Assembly: GCA_043228905.1 (NCBI GenBank)
Contig: JBHGNT010000014.1
Span: forward strand, 5,208,001-5,272,000
Source: Azolla caroliniana
Taxonomy: Eukaryota; Plantae; Polypodiophyta
DNA: 64,000 nt
Reading direction: 5' to 3'
The position numbers were made by a program, and so were the translations under genes. The notes under the pieces are model-generated. The model did no database searches. It was given only the letters and a program-made list of their open reading frames with translations, and was not told the DNA's origin. This document shows, in pieces, positions 11,966-25,298 of the stretch (position 1 is the stretch's first letter; each line of letters starts with the position of its first letter).

Positions 11966-13335
11966 ATGTATTATAGGTAGGAAATTTTGTCTCTCTGAAA
12001 ACGTAGTTTAGACACTAACCGACATCAGTAGCCAAGAGAGGAAGCGGGCGGAGAGACGACTTAGGGAGTGTGGAGTTCTCTCCCCCGACGAAGAAATTAG
12101 CGGTGCCGTGGAGGCGGTCTCTTTTGACGACACCTTGGGCGAATTACGAGAGGTGGTTGGTAAAGGCCTTAACGAAGAGCGGACCGTTCCGGTTAGCTCG
12201 ATGGGTATGTACAAAGTCATCGTGGACTTCTAGGAGAGGATCAGGCCGGATCGAACGGCCTGCGTGGATACAAAGTACAAGATTGTGGACCAGAAGGTGA
12301 GACCAGTTGCGACACCCTTGCCGTGTAGGGAATGGACAAGGCCGTCAGTGCGGAAGAGATCACACAGTATTGAAAAGAGAGATGATGATAGAAAAGAGAG
12401 AGAAGGAAGATATAGAAACCCAAATCTACAAAGAAATATTAATAAGGAGTGATGATCATAGAAACAAGAGAAAGAAGATACATAAACTCAAGCCTACAAG
12501 GATGAATTGATCACTAGAAAAACGCACTACATGAATAGGTAAGAAAAACACCACAAGAAAAAAACTCTCCTCACCACCTCACTCTTCTTGCTTTATATGA
12601 AGTTCTCCTCTAGTAGATAAGTTTCGCTTGCTTTCTTTTCCACGCTTTTTTTAGAGCTTTTCCATCTCTTATTCTTAGCTATGACACAACGATCTTCTAA
12701 TCGTCCTATCTCCCTCATCCATGCTCCAAATTTAAAGTTTTAAAAAGCTACGGATAGCTCTCGTCATAAGCTTTCTAACCCATATTTACACGTGATATTT
12801 GGGTGTCAAACGAGAGAGTTATGAGCGTTTGTTTTTGACTGCTTTTTGGTGGTCTGCTTTTTCCTTCTTTTACTTTTCTCCATCTTTCTTGCTTTTAGTT
12901 TGACTTATACTTGAAACCTTAGCTCGTGTTCTTGGCCTTCGGGTGTGAATGCTCCATACCTTATATTTTTGTAGACTTCAATACCTTGAATTCTAAAAAC
13001 ACTTTACAAAAGGTTACAAAGTCACTTTATATAGTGACTCACTTAGGGCAACTGCCCTTTATGTTATTTACAGAAATAGCCCGAACTTGGGCTCTCTAAG
13101 AGGATAGTGTGAATACGTCCATTATACATTTGTATTCGACACTCCCCCGTAATGGGTGTATACATGGGCTATCTAAATAATACAGGTATAGGCATAGGTT
13201 CTCGGATAGATCGGTTATGTTCGAATCGGCATGATCTGAAGACAGAAGACCGAACCGGTCGGGTCAGAAAAGCTGAAGCCGATCGTCAGTGAACCGATGT
13301 CTGTTGTCCGAAACCGTCCTGCACTATGTACGGCT

Positions 13336-16300
13336 TCAACCGGACTGATATGTTGTTACGCCCATTTGTTGCCGAAGAGACCGGAACTGGTCTGCCGAAA
13401 GACACTTGGTCATTCCATCTGCGACATTATCGGTTGTGGATATCTTCTCTAAACCGATTTTCCCAGAAATGACGCAGTCCCGAACGAAGTGATATCGAAC
13501 TTCGATATGCTTGGAGGCGTTGTGATGAACCGGATTTTTCGACAAAGCAACAACACTCTGACTGTCGTTGTAGACAACTGGAGCCGAGTCGAAGTCGACT
13601 TGCCGAAACGTGTGCGCCAGTCGATCGAGCCATAAAGCTTCTTTCGCTGCGTCGGAGGCAGCTACATATTCTACTTCGGTCGTTGAGGTGGCTGTGCACT
13701 CCTGAAGTTTCGACTTCCACGAGATTGATCCATTGCCGAATTTAAAGCAATATTCGGTTGTTGACTTGCGACTGTCCACACAGCTGGCGAAGTCCGAGTC
13801 GGTGTAACTGGCTACGCCAGAAGTTGAGTTCGGACCGAAAAGGATGCCGTGGTCTTTTGTGCTAGCTAAATATCTGAACACATGCTTGACTGCGTTCTAG
13901 TGCGATCGGCCGGGATTGTGCATAAATCTGCTAATGACTCCTACGGCGTGAGAAATATCAGGCCGTGTCGCGACCATCGCGTACATCAGAGAGCCTACTG
14001 CCGGTGCATATAGTATCGACTTCATTTCTTCCCCCTCCGGACCGGATGTCGGGCAGTCTTGCTGAGAAAGCCGAAGATGAACGGGGAGCGGGGCCGAAGC
14101 AGACTTGGCCGATTGCATGTTGAAGCGTTCCAAGACACGTCTGATGTAGTTGGTTTGAGATAGAAAAAGCTGTCTTTTGGCGCGATTCCGACTAATCTTC
14201 ATTCCGAGTATGTGTCTTGCCGGACCGAGGTCCTTCATGGCAAACGTCAATTGCAGTTTCCGAACGAGTTCGGTGAGCTCTCCAGTATGCCGACCGGAGA
14301 GTAGCATGTCGTCCACGTAGATGATGAGGAAGACGGGAGAACCGTCTTGAGCTGTTTTGGTGAAGAGGCAGTGGTCCTCATCGCTCTTGGAGAAGCCGAC
14401 CGACTGGATGAACTTCTTGTACCACTGTTGGGGTGCCTGTTTCAGGCCATAGAGACTCTTCCTGGGTCGGCAGACTAGATGTTCCTGACCGGTGGCCACA
14501 AAGCCTTTCGGTTGCTCCATGTAGATTTCCTCGTTTAGATCACCGTGGAGGAATGCCGTTTTCACATCTAGCTGAATCAGCTCCAAATTGTCGGCAGCCA
14601 CAACACCGAGCATGAAACGAAGGGTGGTCATTTTCACCACTGGTGAAAAGATTTCGTCGAAGTCGACGCCATATTCCTGTCGAAATCCCTTCGCAACTAA
14701 TCTGGCCTTGTACTTTAGGGTGGTCGAGTCGGACGTCTCCTTTAGTCTATAGAACCACTTGCAAGGAAGAGCACGTCCATTCTTCGGTAAGTCGACCAGA
14801 TCCCAAGTCTTGTTGGCGTGGATGGAGTGCATTCCGACTCCATTGCCAGATGCCAGGTGGCTGAATCGGCAGCTGCCGATGCTTCTTTGTAAGACGTCGG
14901 TTCGCCGGCGTCGGTGAAGAAAATTCCGGGAGAGTACCTCTCCGGAGGTTGCAATAGTCTCTCGGATCTTCGAGGTATGACTGGACTGGTCGCACCGGGT
15001 GTCGATGTCGGATGGTCAGAAGCCGAGCCATTCGGCTGTGCTGAATCTGTGGATTCGGTGCAAGAGAAGTCGGTTACCCGTGAAACCGGTCTTGTGTTGT
15101 GTGCTGGGCCGTCATGAAGGGTTGGCACTTCGGAAAATATTACCCTTCGGACTTCCATAGGCCTTTCGGCCGTTTTGTGCATAGTCGACTCGTTGAACAC
15201 GACGTCCGAACTTCGAACGATTTGCCTGTGCTCGGGGTCCCAGAGTCGGAATCCGATCTCGCCGTCGGGTCCATACCCGAGGAAAACGCATTTCCTTGAT
15301 CTCGGTTCGAGTTTTCGGCGGTCGTCTTTCGGTATGAGGGCGTATGCCTCGCAACCGAAAATCCTCAGCTTATCATAATTCGGCTTTCTGCCGGTCCATA
15401 TTTCCTGAGGTATCTTAAGTCCTAGAGGGCTACTTGGCGACATATTGATTATGTGTACTGCTGTGAGTAGAGCCTCTACCCAAAAGCCATCCGACAGTCT
15501 GGAGTGTTGGAGCATGGATACAACGCGTTCTTGAATCGTCCGATTCATGCGTTCTGCGATTCCATTCTGGTCCTGACTATATGGTGCCGTATATTCACGT
15601 CTAATGCCGCGTTCTCGCCAAAATTTGACGAATTCATCAGATTTGAACTCACCTCCATTGTCGGTTCGGAGACACTTCAGTTTCCGACCGGTCTGGTTTT
15701 CGACCATTGCGAGCCAATCTGAGAAGATCGAGAACACCCGATCTTTGGTTCTGATGGGGTAAGCCCACACCTTCCGAGTCGAGTCGTCAATGAAACTGAC
15801 GAAGTACGAGGCACCACCGAGTGATTGATGTGGCATCGGGCCACAAACGTCCGAGTGGACCAAATCGAGCGGGCTCGACTCTCTTGGTGCTGATGTCGGG
15901 TGTGATGCGGCTACCTGTTTGCCGTACTGGCAATGCTTGCAAAATTGATGGTTCGAGAAGGAGAGTTTTGGGATGTATCCGGCTCTGGATAGGTGCGTGA
16001 TGCCGGCCTTGCTGAGGTGTCCAAGTCGTCCATGCCATAAGGATGACACAGGGATATCTACTAGAAATAAGTCACCCTCTTTGAGTGTGACATACAAAGG
16101 GTACAATGAGTGTACCTTTGGTCCTCTAGCAAGCAGGAGGTTCCCTTTGTGGAGTGTCCACCCTCCTGATGAGAAACCAGCACGGATGCCAGCTTCATCA
16201 AGTTGTCCGACGGAGATCAAGGGTCGTGAGAGCTCAGGAACATGTCGGACGTCGTGTAGTACGAGTGTAGAGCCACCCGGAAGGTTGAGCTCTACGGTGC

Positions 16301-17153
16301 CGATTCCGATGATAGCATAGTGCTGCGAATTTCCGACTCGAACTGAGTCGGAGTGCCGGTCCGAATATTGCCGAAACTGTGATCGGTGAGGTGTCACGTG
16401 ATACGATGCGCCCGAGTCCAGAAGCCATGTGCTCGATTCCTCAGTCGTAAGCAGAACTTCTGATTCAAATGGATTCTCTATAGACAATATGTTCGGGTCG
16501 GTCGTCAATATCTCGGCTGAAGAGCCGATGTAGTTGACTTCCTCATGCCGGTTACTCCTCTGATCAGCTCTCTGAGCTTTGTCTGTCTTTGACTTGAGTA
16601 CCCGACAGTCGGCCTTGATGTGTCCCGGTTTCTTGTAGTAGTTGCAGATTCGGGTTTCCCGAGACTTGTTGCGGCTTCGCTGATTTGTCGGCGGTCGGGA
16701 AGAACTTCTTCCCTGGTTGTTCGATCGGTCGGTCGAACCTTGTACTACATAGGCTTCTTCTGCCGAGTCTTTGGTGAAAGACTTTCTCCGAGCTGCTTCA
16801 GTTAGGATTGCACTTGTGACTTCGGAGTACTTGATGGCAATCGTAGAAGCGTTGCACACAGTTGTAACGAAGGTTTCCCAAGAGGAGGGGAGACTGCTCA
16901 TGAGTATCATTGCTCTGAGTTCATCCTCGATTGTCGTCCCCTGTGACGAGATTTGGGAGCTCAAACTTTTGTACTCGTTAAGGTGTGCCTGAACCGAATC
17001 GGAGTCTTTCATCCGCAAGATGTAGAGGCGCCGGATCAAATACATCTTTGTTGAGGCGACCTTCTTTTCGTAGGTTTCCAACAACTTCTTCCAAAGTTCG
17101 AAGGCTGTCGTGCACGATTGCACTGTGAAGTACACTAACTCCGACATTTGCAT
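13336..17153 (-). pseudogene. D gag-PR-INT-RT-RNase H polyprotein (frameshift ~14830, stops)
   Basis: LDSGAS, HSDVCGP, TDNGGEF, YVDDML and KHIEVRYHFVRD in copia order. Confidence 0.93.
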
Positions 17154-17843
17154 CCGAATCGTGGCGCGGACGATTCTGTCCAGCTTCTGCCACTCATTTG
17201 CCTTGTATATTTATGGAGCAGTTTCATTCTCAATCGGATCAATCTGTGACGGGAACCCAATGTTCCTTATGCGCGACGCTTGGCCACAACCGAGCGTAGA
17301 ATGATACACAGAAAACGGGAAATAAAACACGACACAAAGGATAGGAAGATACACAGGAGGTTTACGTGGAAAACCCCAAACTAGGGGAAAAACCATGGCA
17401 GCCCACAGGCTGCAAACTGTCAGTATGTGAGAATGTACAACAGTGAGTTCACTGAGGCAACGACCTCGTGCTCACAGATCTTCGCCACACGCGGCGGTTA
17501 CAACAGAGGCAACGACCTCTTTCTCTCTCTCTCTCTGTACACTATTATGTGCTCTCTCTTCTTCTTGCACAAACAAAGGACTGACAACCACAACTAAAAG
17601 TTTGCCCTAAGTCATATTTATACTAATATGACTTTTCGGCTATTTACAAATGTAGCCTCGATGGGCTCTCAGAAACATATTTACGAATATGTCTCTTCCT
17701 CCGGTTCTCACCGGTCCTGCACCATCCGGCTCTCCGTAGCCGGGTACTCCTCATCCGGTTCATACCGGGTCTGTTCTTCTTCCTTCCCATCCGGAGGGAC
17801 CTGTCTCCCAACAAACTCCCCCTTCACTCCGGCATGGGGTGTC

Positions 17844-18820
17844 TTATAGTCCGATCCTCTTCCGGCATGCGTCCAACTTGTCGGGTGTCAGCACCTTGGT
17901 CAGCAGATATGACCTGTTCTCGGCCGTGTGGATCTTCGTCAGTGCGAACTCCTGGTCATCTACTCTTTCCCGGATCCAGTGATACCTCCGCTGGATATGC
18001 TTCGTCCGGGAATGGTAGGCCGCATTCTTAGCAAGGTGGATGGCACTTTGACTGTCACAATAGAGTCGGTATTCCTCTTGCCGTTTACCGAGCTCTCCGA
18101 TGAAGTCCTTCATCCATAAAATTTTTCCTTGCCGGCTTCCACAGCTGCCATGTACTCCGCCTCCGTGGTTGACAATGCAACCGTCTTCTGCAGCCTCGAC
18201 TGCCACGAAACAGCTCCCCCTGCATATGTCATTACATACCCGGATGTAGACCGGCTGGTATCCACATCAGCCGACATGTCTGAATTGGTGAAACCGTCCA
18301 GTTGAGGCTTTCCGGAGCCGAATCGGAGACACATATTTGAAGTGCCCTTCAAATACCGGAGTATCCATTTGACCGCGTTCCAGTGCTCCTTGCCGGGATT
18401 GCTCATAAACCGGCTCACCACTCCGACTGCGTATCCAATGTCCGGTCGGGTACAAACCATTGCGTACATCAAGCTCCCGACGACAGAGGCATATTGGATC
18501 TTCATCATATCCGCCTTCTCTGCTTTCGTCTTCGGGCTTTGCTTACCGGATAGTTTGCAGTTTGCCGGAAGTGTCGATCCGACCGGTTTCGCATCTGACA
18601 TGTTGAACCGGTGAAGCACCTTTGTCATGTACTTCTCCTATGACAGACATAATTGCTTCTTTGACCGGTCCCGAATGATGTGCATCCCCAGCATCTGTCT
18701 TGCCGGACCCAAGTCTTTCATTGAGAAGGTCCGGTTGAGAGCCTTCTTCAGCATCCGTATTTTTACTTGGTCTCGTCCGACGATCAACATGTCATCCACG
18801 TACAGGAGGAGTATCAGGAA
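17844..18820 (-). pseudogene. E RT C-terminus and RNase H
   Basis: YVDDML, VGSLMYAMVCTRPD, ALSTTEAEY and TKHIQRRYHWIRE. Confidence 0.9.
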
Positions 18821-18983
18821 GTCCCTGTCATGAACACATGACCATTATGGCGTCACTCGAACTTGAACCTCGAACCTTGTAATTCATACTTGAAAACCTC
18901 AACCATTAAGATAGCTTATTGTTATATGAAACAATAAAAGCTATTTCTTGTATTACATTGATTATTGTAAAAACTCTAGATTA

Positions 18984-19080
18984 TTCTAGAATGTTCTAGA
19001 ATGTCCTAGAGCATTCTAGGTCTAGAACATTCTAGAACATTCTAGAAATCTCTAAGCTATTCTATAGGAACCTATAAATA
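18984..19080 (+). promoter_or_regulatory. Heat-shock-element array and TATA box in F LTR
   Basis: TTCtaGAAtgTTCtaGAA at 18984-19001, GAAcaTTCtaGAAcaTTCtaGAA at 19025-19047, TATAAATA at 19073. Confidence 0.7.
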
Positions 19081-19236
19081 AGCGCATACATGTATTCTCA
19101 AGTCAATTCAAATCAACACCAGTCTTTAGCTCTCATTACATATCTTGTATCCATTCTCTTTCTTTCTCTATCTTATACATACATTCTTCTCTATCCTTCT
19201 TCCATCACTCTATCTTTTATCCTTGGTTCTGACAGT

Positions 19237-19243
19237 TTGATTC

Positions 19244-19248
<5 letters not shown>
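19237..19248 (+). promoter_or_regulatory. Self-priming PBS of F
   Basis: TTGATTCGAATT is the reverse complement of AATTCGAATCAA (25164-25175; one mismatch at 19105-19116), about 32 nt after TATA. Confidence 0.75.
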
Positions 19249-19282
<34 letters not shown>

Positions 19283-19308
19283 TCCTCCTTTGTAACCATC
19301 CTGAAACC

Positions 19309-22300
19309 ATGGCTGCCATTAACTCAGAAGAATATCTCACCGTTGTTGCAGAAATGGAGAACCTTAAATCCAAGTTCGCATCTCTTGAAGTAGAGAATCA
19401 ACGTCTACTTAGGGATCTACAAAAGGTTACTATAGAGAAGCAACAACAACAAGAGGAGTTCACGCGATGAGTGCAACAGTTAGAGTCGACAATCGTCGTG
19501 TTACAACAACAAAGGGTTGAAGGTCAGGGACTTATCAAGGAGCCCAAAATTAGCCTCCCAGCTAAATTTGATGGGTCGAGGGCGCATTTCCGAGGTTTTT
19601 TGAATCAAGTACGGTTGGTGATTCAAATGCATCCCGCACGTTATCCAACAGATGCATCACGAGTCGGGCTAGTGGGCACTTTATTGACTGGCATAGCGTT
19701 GTCGTGGTTTGCTCCATTGCTAGAGACCAATTCTCCTCTACTGAATAATTTCGAGGAATTTATCAAGGAATTTAAGGCTTGTTTCGGAGATACTGATGGG
19801 GCGAGAACAGCTATCAACAAGATTCGTACACTTCGTCAAGGTGATCAACCAGCTTCAACATATGCTGCCAATTTCCGTCTCATCGTAAGCGATATTCCTT
19901 GGGATGAACAAGCCCTAATGGAGCAATTCCATTCAGGCCTTCGTAGTGATGTCAAAGACTTACTTCTTACCTTCCCCGAGGATCCAAGGTCACTTACAGA
20001 AGCTATTAGTCGAGCAATACGGTGTGATAATCGCCTTTCTGAGCGTCGATGTGAGCGACAACAACAAATAACAAGATCTAGATTCACACCAACTTATGCA
20101 TCAGTAACGGCGCAATCATCCCCAAAGCAAATGTATAGCCCTTCTCCAACTCCAAGGCAAACACGTAGTCCAGTCCCAATGTATAGTCCTACACCCATGG
20201 AGATCGATATGACTCAACGACGATGACCGTTGTCAGACGAAGAGAAGCAACGTCGTCGAGCAAACCATCTGTGCTTATATTGTGGAGGTCCAGGACATAA
20301 AGCCATTCATTGCTCCCGTAGGCCGAGACGTCAGGTAAATCAAATTCACTATGACAATAAAAATGAGTCCAACATTTTAGAAGTAGTTAGTGAATCTAAT
20401 ATTATGAATAATCCACCCTTGTCCAATAAATTTGAAGTCCTAAGCCAATTAGAAGAGGAGTCAAACGAATAAGTCCGGCCAAAATAGGAGCCATTTGGTT
20501 GGACAACCCTAGATATGTACAACCTAGTGTGGGTTCCATTTCTTCCAAGCATGTTAGTAGAGTCTTCTCAGCCCTAGTGCAAGTTAGGACACCCAGTTGT
20601 CAACTTCAAGTCCAAGCCCTCTTAGATACTGGAGCCAATTCTTGTTTCATGGATAGAGATTTTGCCCAAAAACACCAAATATCCTTGCATACACTTCCTT
20701 GTCCTGTTTCCGTAGTAGTGATTGATGGACGCCCCATAGCTTCCGGGAAGATATTTGAAGAGTCTGAGCCAATACACATACTCTTGGGTGATTTAGGATG
20801 TGTAGTTTCCTTTAACATAATCCGTAGTCTTGAGCATCCAATTGTCCTCGGTTTGCCATGGTTCGAGCTACATAACCCTAGAATCGATTGGAGGAAGCGA
20901 GAAATTAGGTGCCCTTTAGCAGAAAATATCATTGTCAAGGATCGAACTCGGGATTATCCTCCCAAAGTATATAGTTCTACCGATGCACCATATCCTTCTC
21001 ATAAAATTTCAGCCATCACATTGCAACAATTGCACCAAGTGGGAGGCAAGGAGGACCTTTTCTTATTTGCAGTATCAGTGACACCTTCTAGTGTCACTCA
21101 AGGGAATTCAGACATCCAAATTCCCAAAAAATATCAAGACTATGCTGATGTTTTCGACAAAGTCAAAGTTAGTGTTCTTCCAAAGCATCGGCCGTACGAC
21201 TGTCCTATTGATCTCCAACCAGGAAAAGAGCCTCCGTGGGGTCCGATTTACAATTTATCACCCACTGAGCTTGAGGTTCTTCGAGAATACATCGAGGAAA
21301 ATCTTGCACATGGGTTTATTCGACATTCAAAGTCTCCAGCTGGTGCTCCTATCTTTTTTGTGAAGAAAAAGGACGGCTCCCTTCGTTTGGTCGTGGACTA
21401 TCGAGGCTTAAATAAAGTCACCATAAGGAATAGGTATGCTTTACCTTTAATCTCCAATCTCTTAGAACGCATTGGTGGGGCAAAGCATTTTACCAAAATT
21501 GATCTAAGGGGTGCATATAATCTTGTTCAAATTCGGCCGAGAGATGAGTGGAAAACAACATTTCGTACTCGGTATGGTCATTTCGAGTATACAGTCATGC
21601 CTGTACCGGGACGTGCATCGGTATGGTCATTTCGAGTCCCATATAATCTTGTCGTGAAGAAAACCGTCCACAAGCGGAATCGGTGCACCGGAGCGTAGGA
21701 ACCGGCTCTTCATACACGTGCACCTTATGTTGTACATAGAAGATCCTCGGTAGGTAGGAAGTTAATAGGAAACGGCTCCTTCCTTGCCTATAAAAGGAGG
21801 GAGACAAGGAGGGGAGAGGGGATCGAAAAGGAAGGGAGGACGAAGTGCTGTCGGATTGTGGGCCGAAGGCTTCTCTCTCTTCCAAACTCCATAGTTTCTT
21901 TCTGTGCAGGTTTCGGGAGGCTTGCGCTACTCTGAGGAATGCCTGAGTGCTTCCGGCAGCACCTCCAACCTACTTCTTCCTTTCTGTACGTTTACGAATA
22001 GGCATCGGCATCTGTTCGCCGGCCTGTTCGGTTGTAACCGACTTCGTGCTTGTTGTTTGTCTTGTTTATATATATTTCTACATACATTCGTGTCTCTCTG
22101 TGTCGCTGTCGCACTCGCGTCTCTGTGTCGAAGGGCCGTGTCCCTGTGAATCTACGCTCGCACCTTGTGGGTCTCTTCCCCACTCCTTTTCTCTCTTGCT
22201 CTTCGGTACAGGACCCCCGAGGTCCCGCCTCATTCCACGCATCCGCGAGGGATACCTTGACAACGCATTGGTGGGGCAAAGCATTTTACCAAAATTGATC

Positions 22301-24900
22301 TAAGGGGTGCATATAATCTTGTTCGAATTCGGCCGGGAGATGAGTGGAAAACAACATTTCGTACTCGGTATGGTCATTTCGAGTATACAGTCATGCCTTT
22401 TGGGCTCACAAATGCACCTGCCGTATTCCAACATATGGCAAATGACATCTTCCGGGATTTCTTGGATATTTTTCTAATCATCTACCTAGATGATCTATTG
22501 ATTTACTCTAAAACACAGGGGGAGCATGATATACATGTGCGGCAAGTACTTGAACGCCTAAGGAAGTATGGTCTTTACGCCAAACTTGAGAAATGCAGTT
22601 TTGATTGCAAACAAGTCGAATTTTTGGGATACACTATTTCATCCCAGGGTGTTTTCATGGACCCGGCAAAAGTCCAAACAATATTGGAATGGAAACCCCC
22701 ATGCTCAGTTCGGGATGTCCAGTGTTTCCTCGGATTTGCGAACTTCTATCGCAAATTCATACATAATTATTCAAGCATTGTGTTGCCCCTTACTCGACTC
22801 ACCAAGAAAAATCAAGCATTTTTTTGGAGTATCGAAGCAGACAAGGCTTTTACGCAGCTGAAAGAGGCATTCACATCAGCACCCATCCTAGCACATATTG
22901 ATCCTGAAAAGCCATTTACTATTGAGGCGGATGCATCGGACTTTGCATTGGGGAGTATCCTATCACAACCAGGCAAGGACGGGCAGATACATCCAGTCGC
23001 GTTTCACTCGAGAAAGTTTACTGTTTTGGAGATAAACTATGAGGTGCATGACAAGGAGTTACTAGCTGTGGTCGACTCATTCGAGCAATGGCGTCATTTT
23101 CTAGAAGGATCACCTCATCAGATTATCATTTATAGTGATCACAAAAATCTCACATATTTTCAAACAGCTCGAGTATTAAATAGATGACAAGCTCGGTGGG
23201 CCCAATTTCTAACGCGTTTCGATTTCAAGATCATTTTTCGCCCCGGAAAACAACAAGGGAAAGCAGATGCTCTGTCTCGGCGTTCGTATCTAGCACTTCG
23301 ACCTGGAGATCCGGCCTTTGACAATCAAAAGCAAACTCTCCTCGGGCCATCAAAGCTACAGGTAACAACAATTTATGCCACACCACTTGATTCTACCCTT
23401 CTTGACACTATTTGGCAACAACTTCATTCGGATGATTTTGCTAAGGATGTCTTAGCCCACTGTGGTTCAAGTCGTCCATCTTCCTCCACATTGCCAGGGT
23501 CATCTCAACATTATCAGGACTTCAAGTGGCAAGATGGTTTACTCTTCTACAAGAATCTCCTTTACGTCCTCGACGGATCACCCCGACTTCAAGTGTTGGA
23601 ACATTGTCATGATGCCCCCATGGCTGGACATTTTGGTATTCCCAAGACCATTGAGCTGGTGAAACGTTCGTTTTGGTGGCCTCACTTGCAAAAATTTGTC
23701 GAAGATTATGTTCGCACTTGTGACACCTACTGTCGCGCCAAAATACCCCGGCATCACCCTTATGGCTTACTACAACCATTACCCCCTCCCAACAAGCCAT
23801 GGCAGTCTATTTCTATGGATTTCATTACGGATCTGCCACCTTCCAAAGGCTTTGATACTATTTTAACAGTAGTGGATCGGTTCACCAAGATGGCACATTT
23901 TGTACCATGTGTAAAGACCATCAATAGTGAAGAAACTGCAGATCTCATTATGCGTGAAGTGTTTCGCCATCATGGTCTCCCGAATGATATTATTAGCGAT
24001 CGAGGTCCTCAATTTATTTCACACTTTTGGAAGCACCTATGGGCAGGCCTAAAAATCTCTTGCAAACTCTCTTCGGCTTATCATCCACAAACTGACGGAC
24101 AAACAGAGCGCACAAATCAAACGCTCGAGTAATATCTTCGATGTTTCATTAGTTATCAACAAGATGATTGGAGTAAAATTTTACATCTTGCCGAGTTTGC
24201 ATACAACAACACGGTCCACTCTTCTACCAAAGTTACACCTTTCTTTGCCTACACCGGCAACCACCCTCGATGGTGTATACTGGATCTTCCCGAGGTGTCA
24301 CGAAACCCTAGTGCGGCGCATCACCTCCACTGACTACAACAAATCCAGAAAGCGCAAGCACACCATAAGACCAATGCCGATCGACATCGTCTTAAGTCTC
24401 CGTTTAAGGTTGGTGACCGTGTATGGTTGCTTCGTCGTCACAACAAGACTACCCGACCGTGTGCTAAGCTTGACTATCAACGCTTAGGTCCTTTTGTCAT
24501 CACGGCGCAGATTAATGATGCAACATTTCGTCTTAACCTTCCTGCACATATGCGACTTCACCCTGTCTTTCATAGCTCACTTTTGGAACCTTGCCACACC
24601 TCTTTAATTCCTAATCGTGTTGTGCCACCACCGCCTTCTGTACAACTTGTGGACGGCCCCGAATACGAGGTAGCTGCTATCCTCGATTCTAAGATTGTGC
24701 GCAATAAGCTTTATTATCTAGTTGATTGGCTTGGTTATCCTCCGAGTGATCGCACTTGGGAACCCATCGATAACGTTTGTAATGCTGAAGCTCTGGTCAA
24801 CGACTTCCATCGTCACTATCCAAACAAGCCCGGCCCAACAATGTTAATGCCGACTTCCACTCGGCGTTCTCGAAGGAGGGATAGTGTCATGAACACATGA
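19309..24900 (+). pseudogene. F gag (19309-20472) and pol PR-RT-RH-INT-chromodomain (~20466-24900), with several C-to-T-type stops
   Basis: CLYCGGPGHKAIHC, LDTGA, YLDD, EADASD, SDRGPQF and chromodomain. Confidence 0.92.
21650..22262 (+). mobile_element. Single LTR of the Trp-primed gypsy family in F RT, with a 136-bp flanking duplication
   Basis: TGTCGTGAAGAAAACCG...TTGACA like C and I LTRs; 21467-21602 is repeated at 22263-22398. Confidence 0.88.
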
Positions 24901-25298
24901 CCATTATAGCGTCACTCGAACTTGAACCTCGAACCTTGTAATTCATACTTGAAAACCTCAACCATTAAGATAGCTTATTGTTATATGAAACAATAAAAGC
25001 TATTTCTTGTATTACATTGATTATTGTAAAAACTCTAGATTATTCTAGAATGTTCTAGAATGTCCTAGAGCATTCTAGGTCTAGAACATTCTAGAACATT
25101 CTAGAAATCTCTAAGCTATTCTATAGGAGCCTATAAATAAGCGCATACATGTATTCTCAAATCAATTCGAATCAACACCAGTCTTTAGCTCTCATTACAT
25201 ATCTTGTATCCATTCTCTTTCTTTCTCTATCTTATACATACATTCTTCTCTATCCTTCTTCCATCACTCTATCTTTTATCCTTGGTTCTGACAGTCCC

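Larger units (their letters stand above)
18826..25293 (+). mobile_element. Element F: full-length chromovirus (Tcn1-like). LTRs 18826-19234 and 24885-25293, PPT 24872-24884, TSD GTCCC
   Basis: Nearly identical 409-bp LTRs; GTCCC at 18821-18825 and 25294-25298. Confidence 0.95.
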
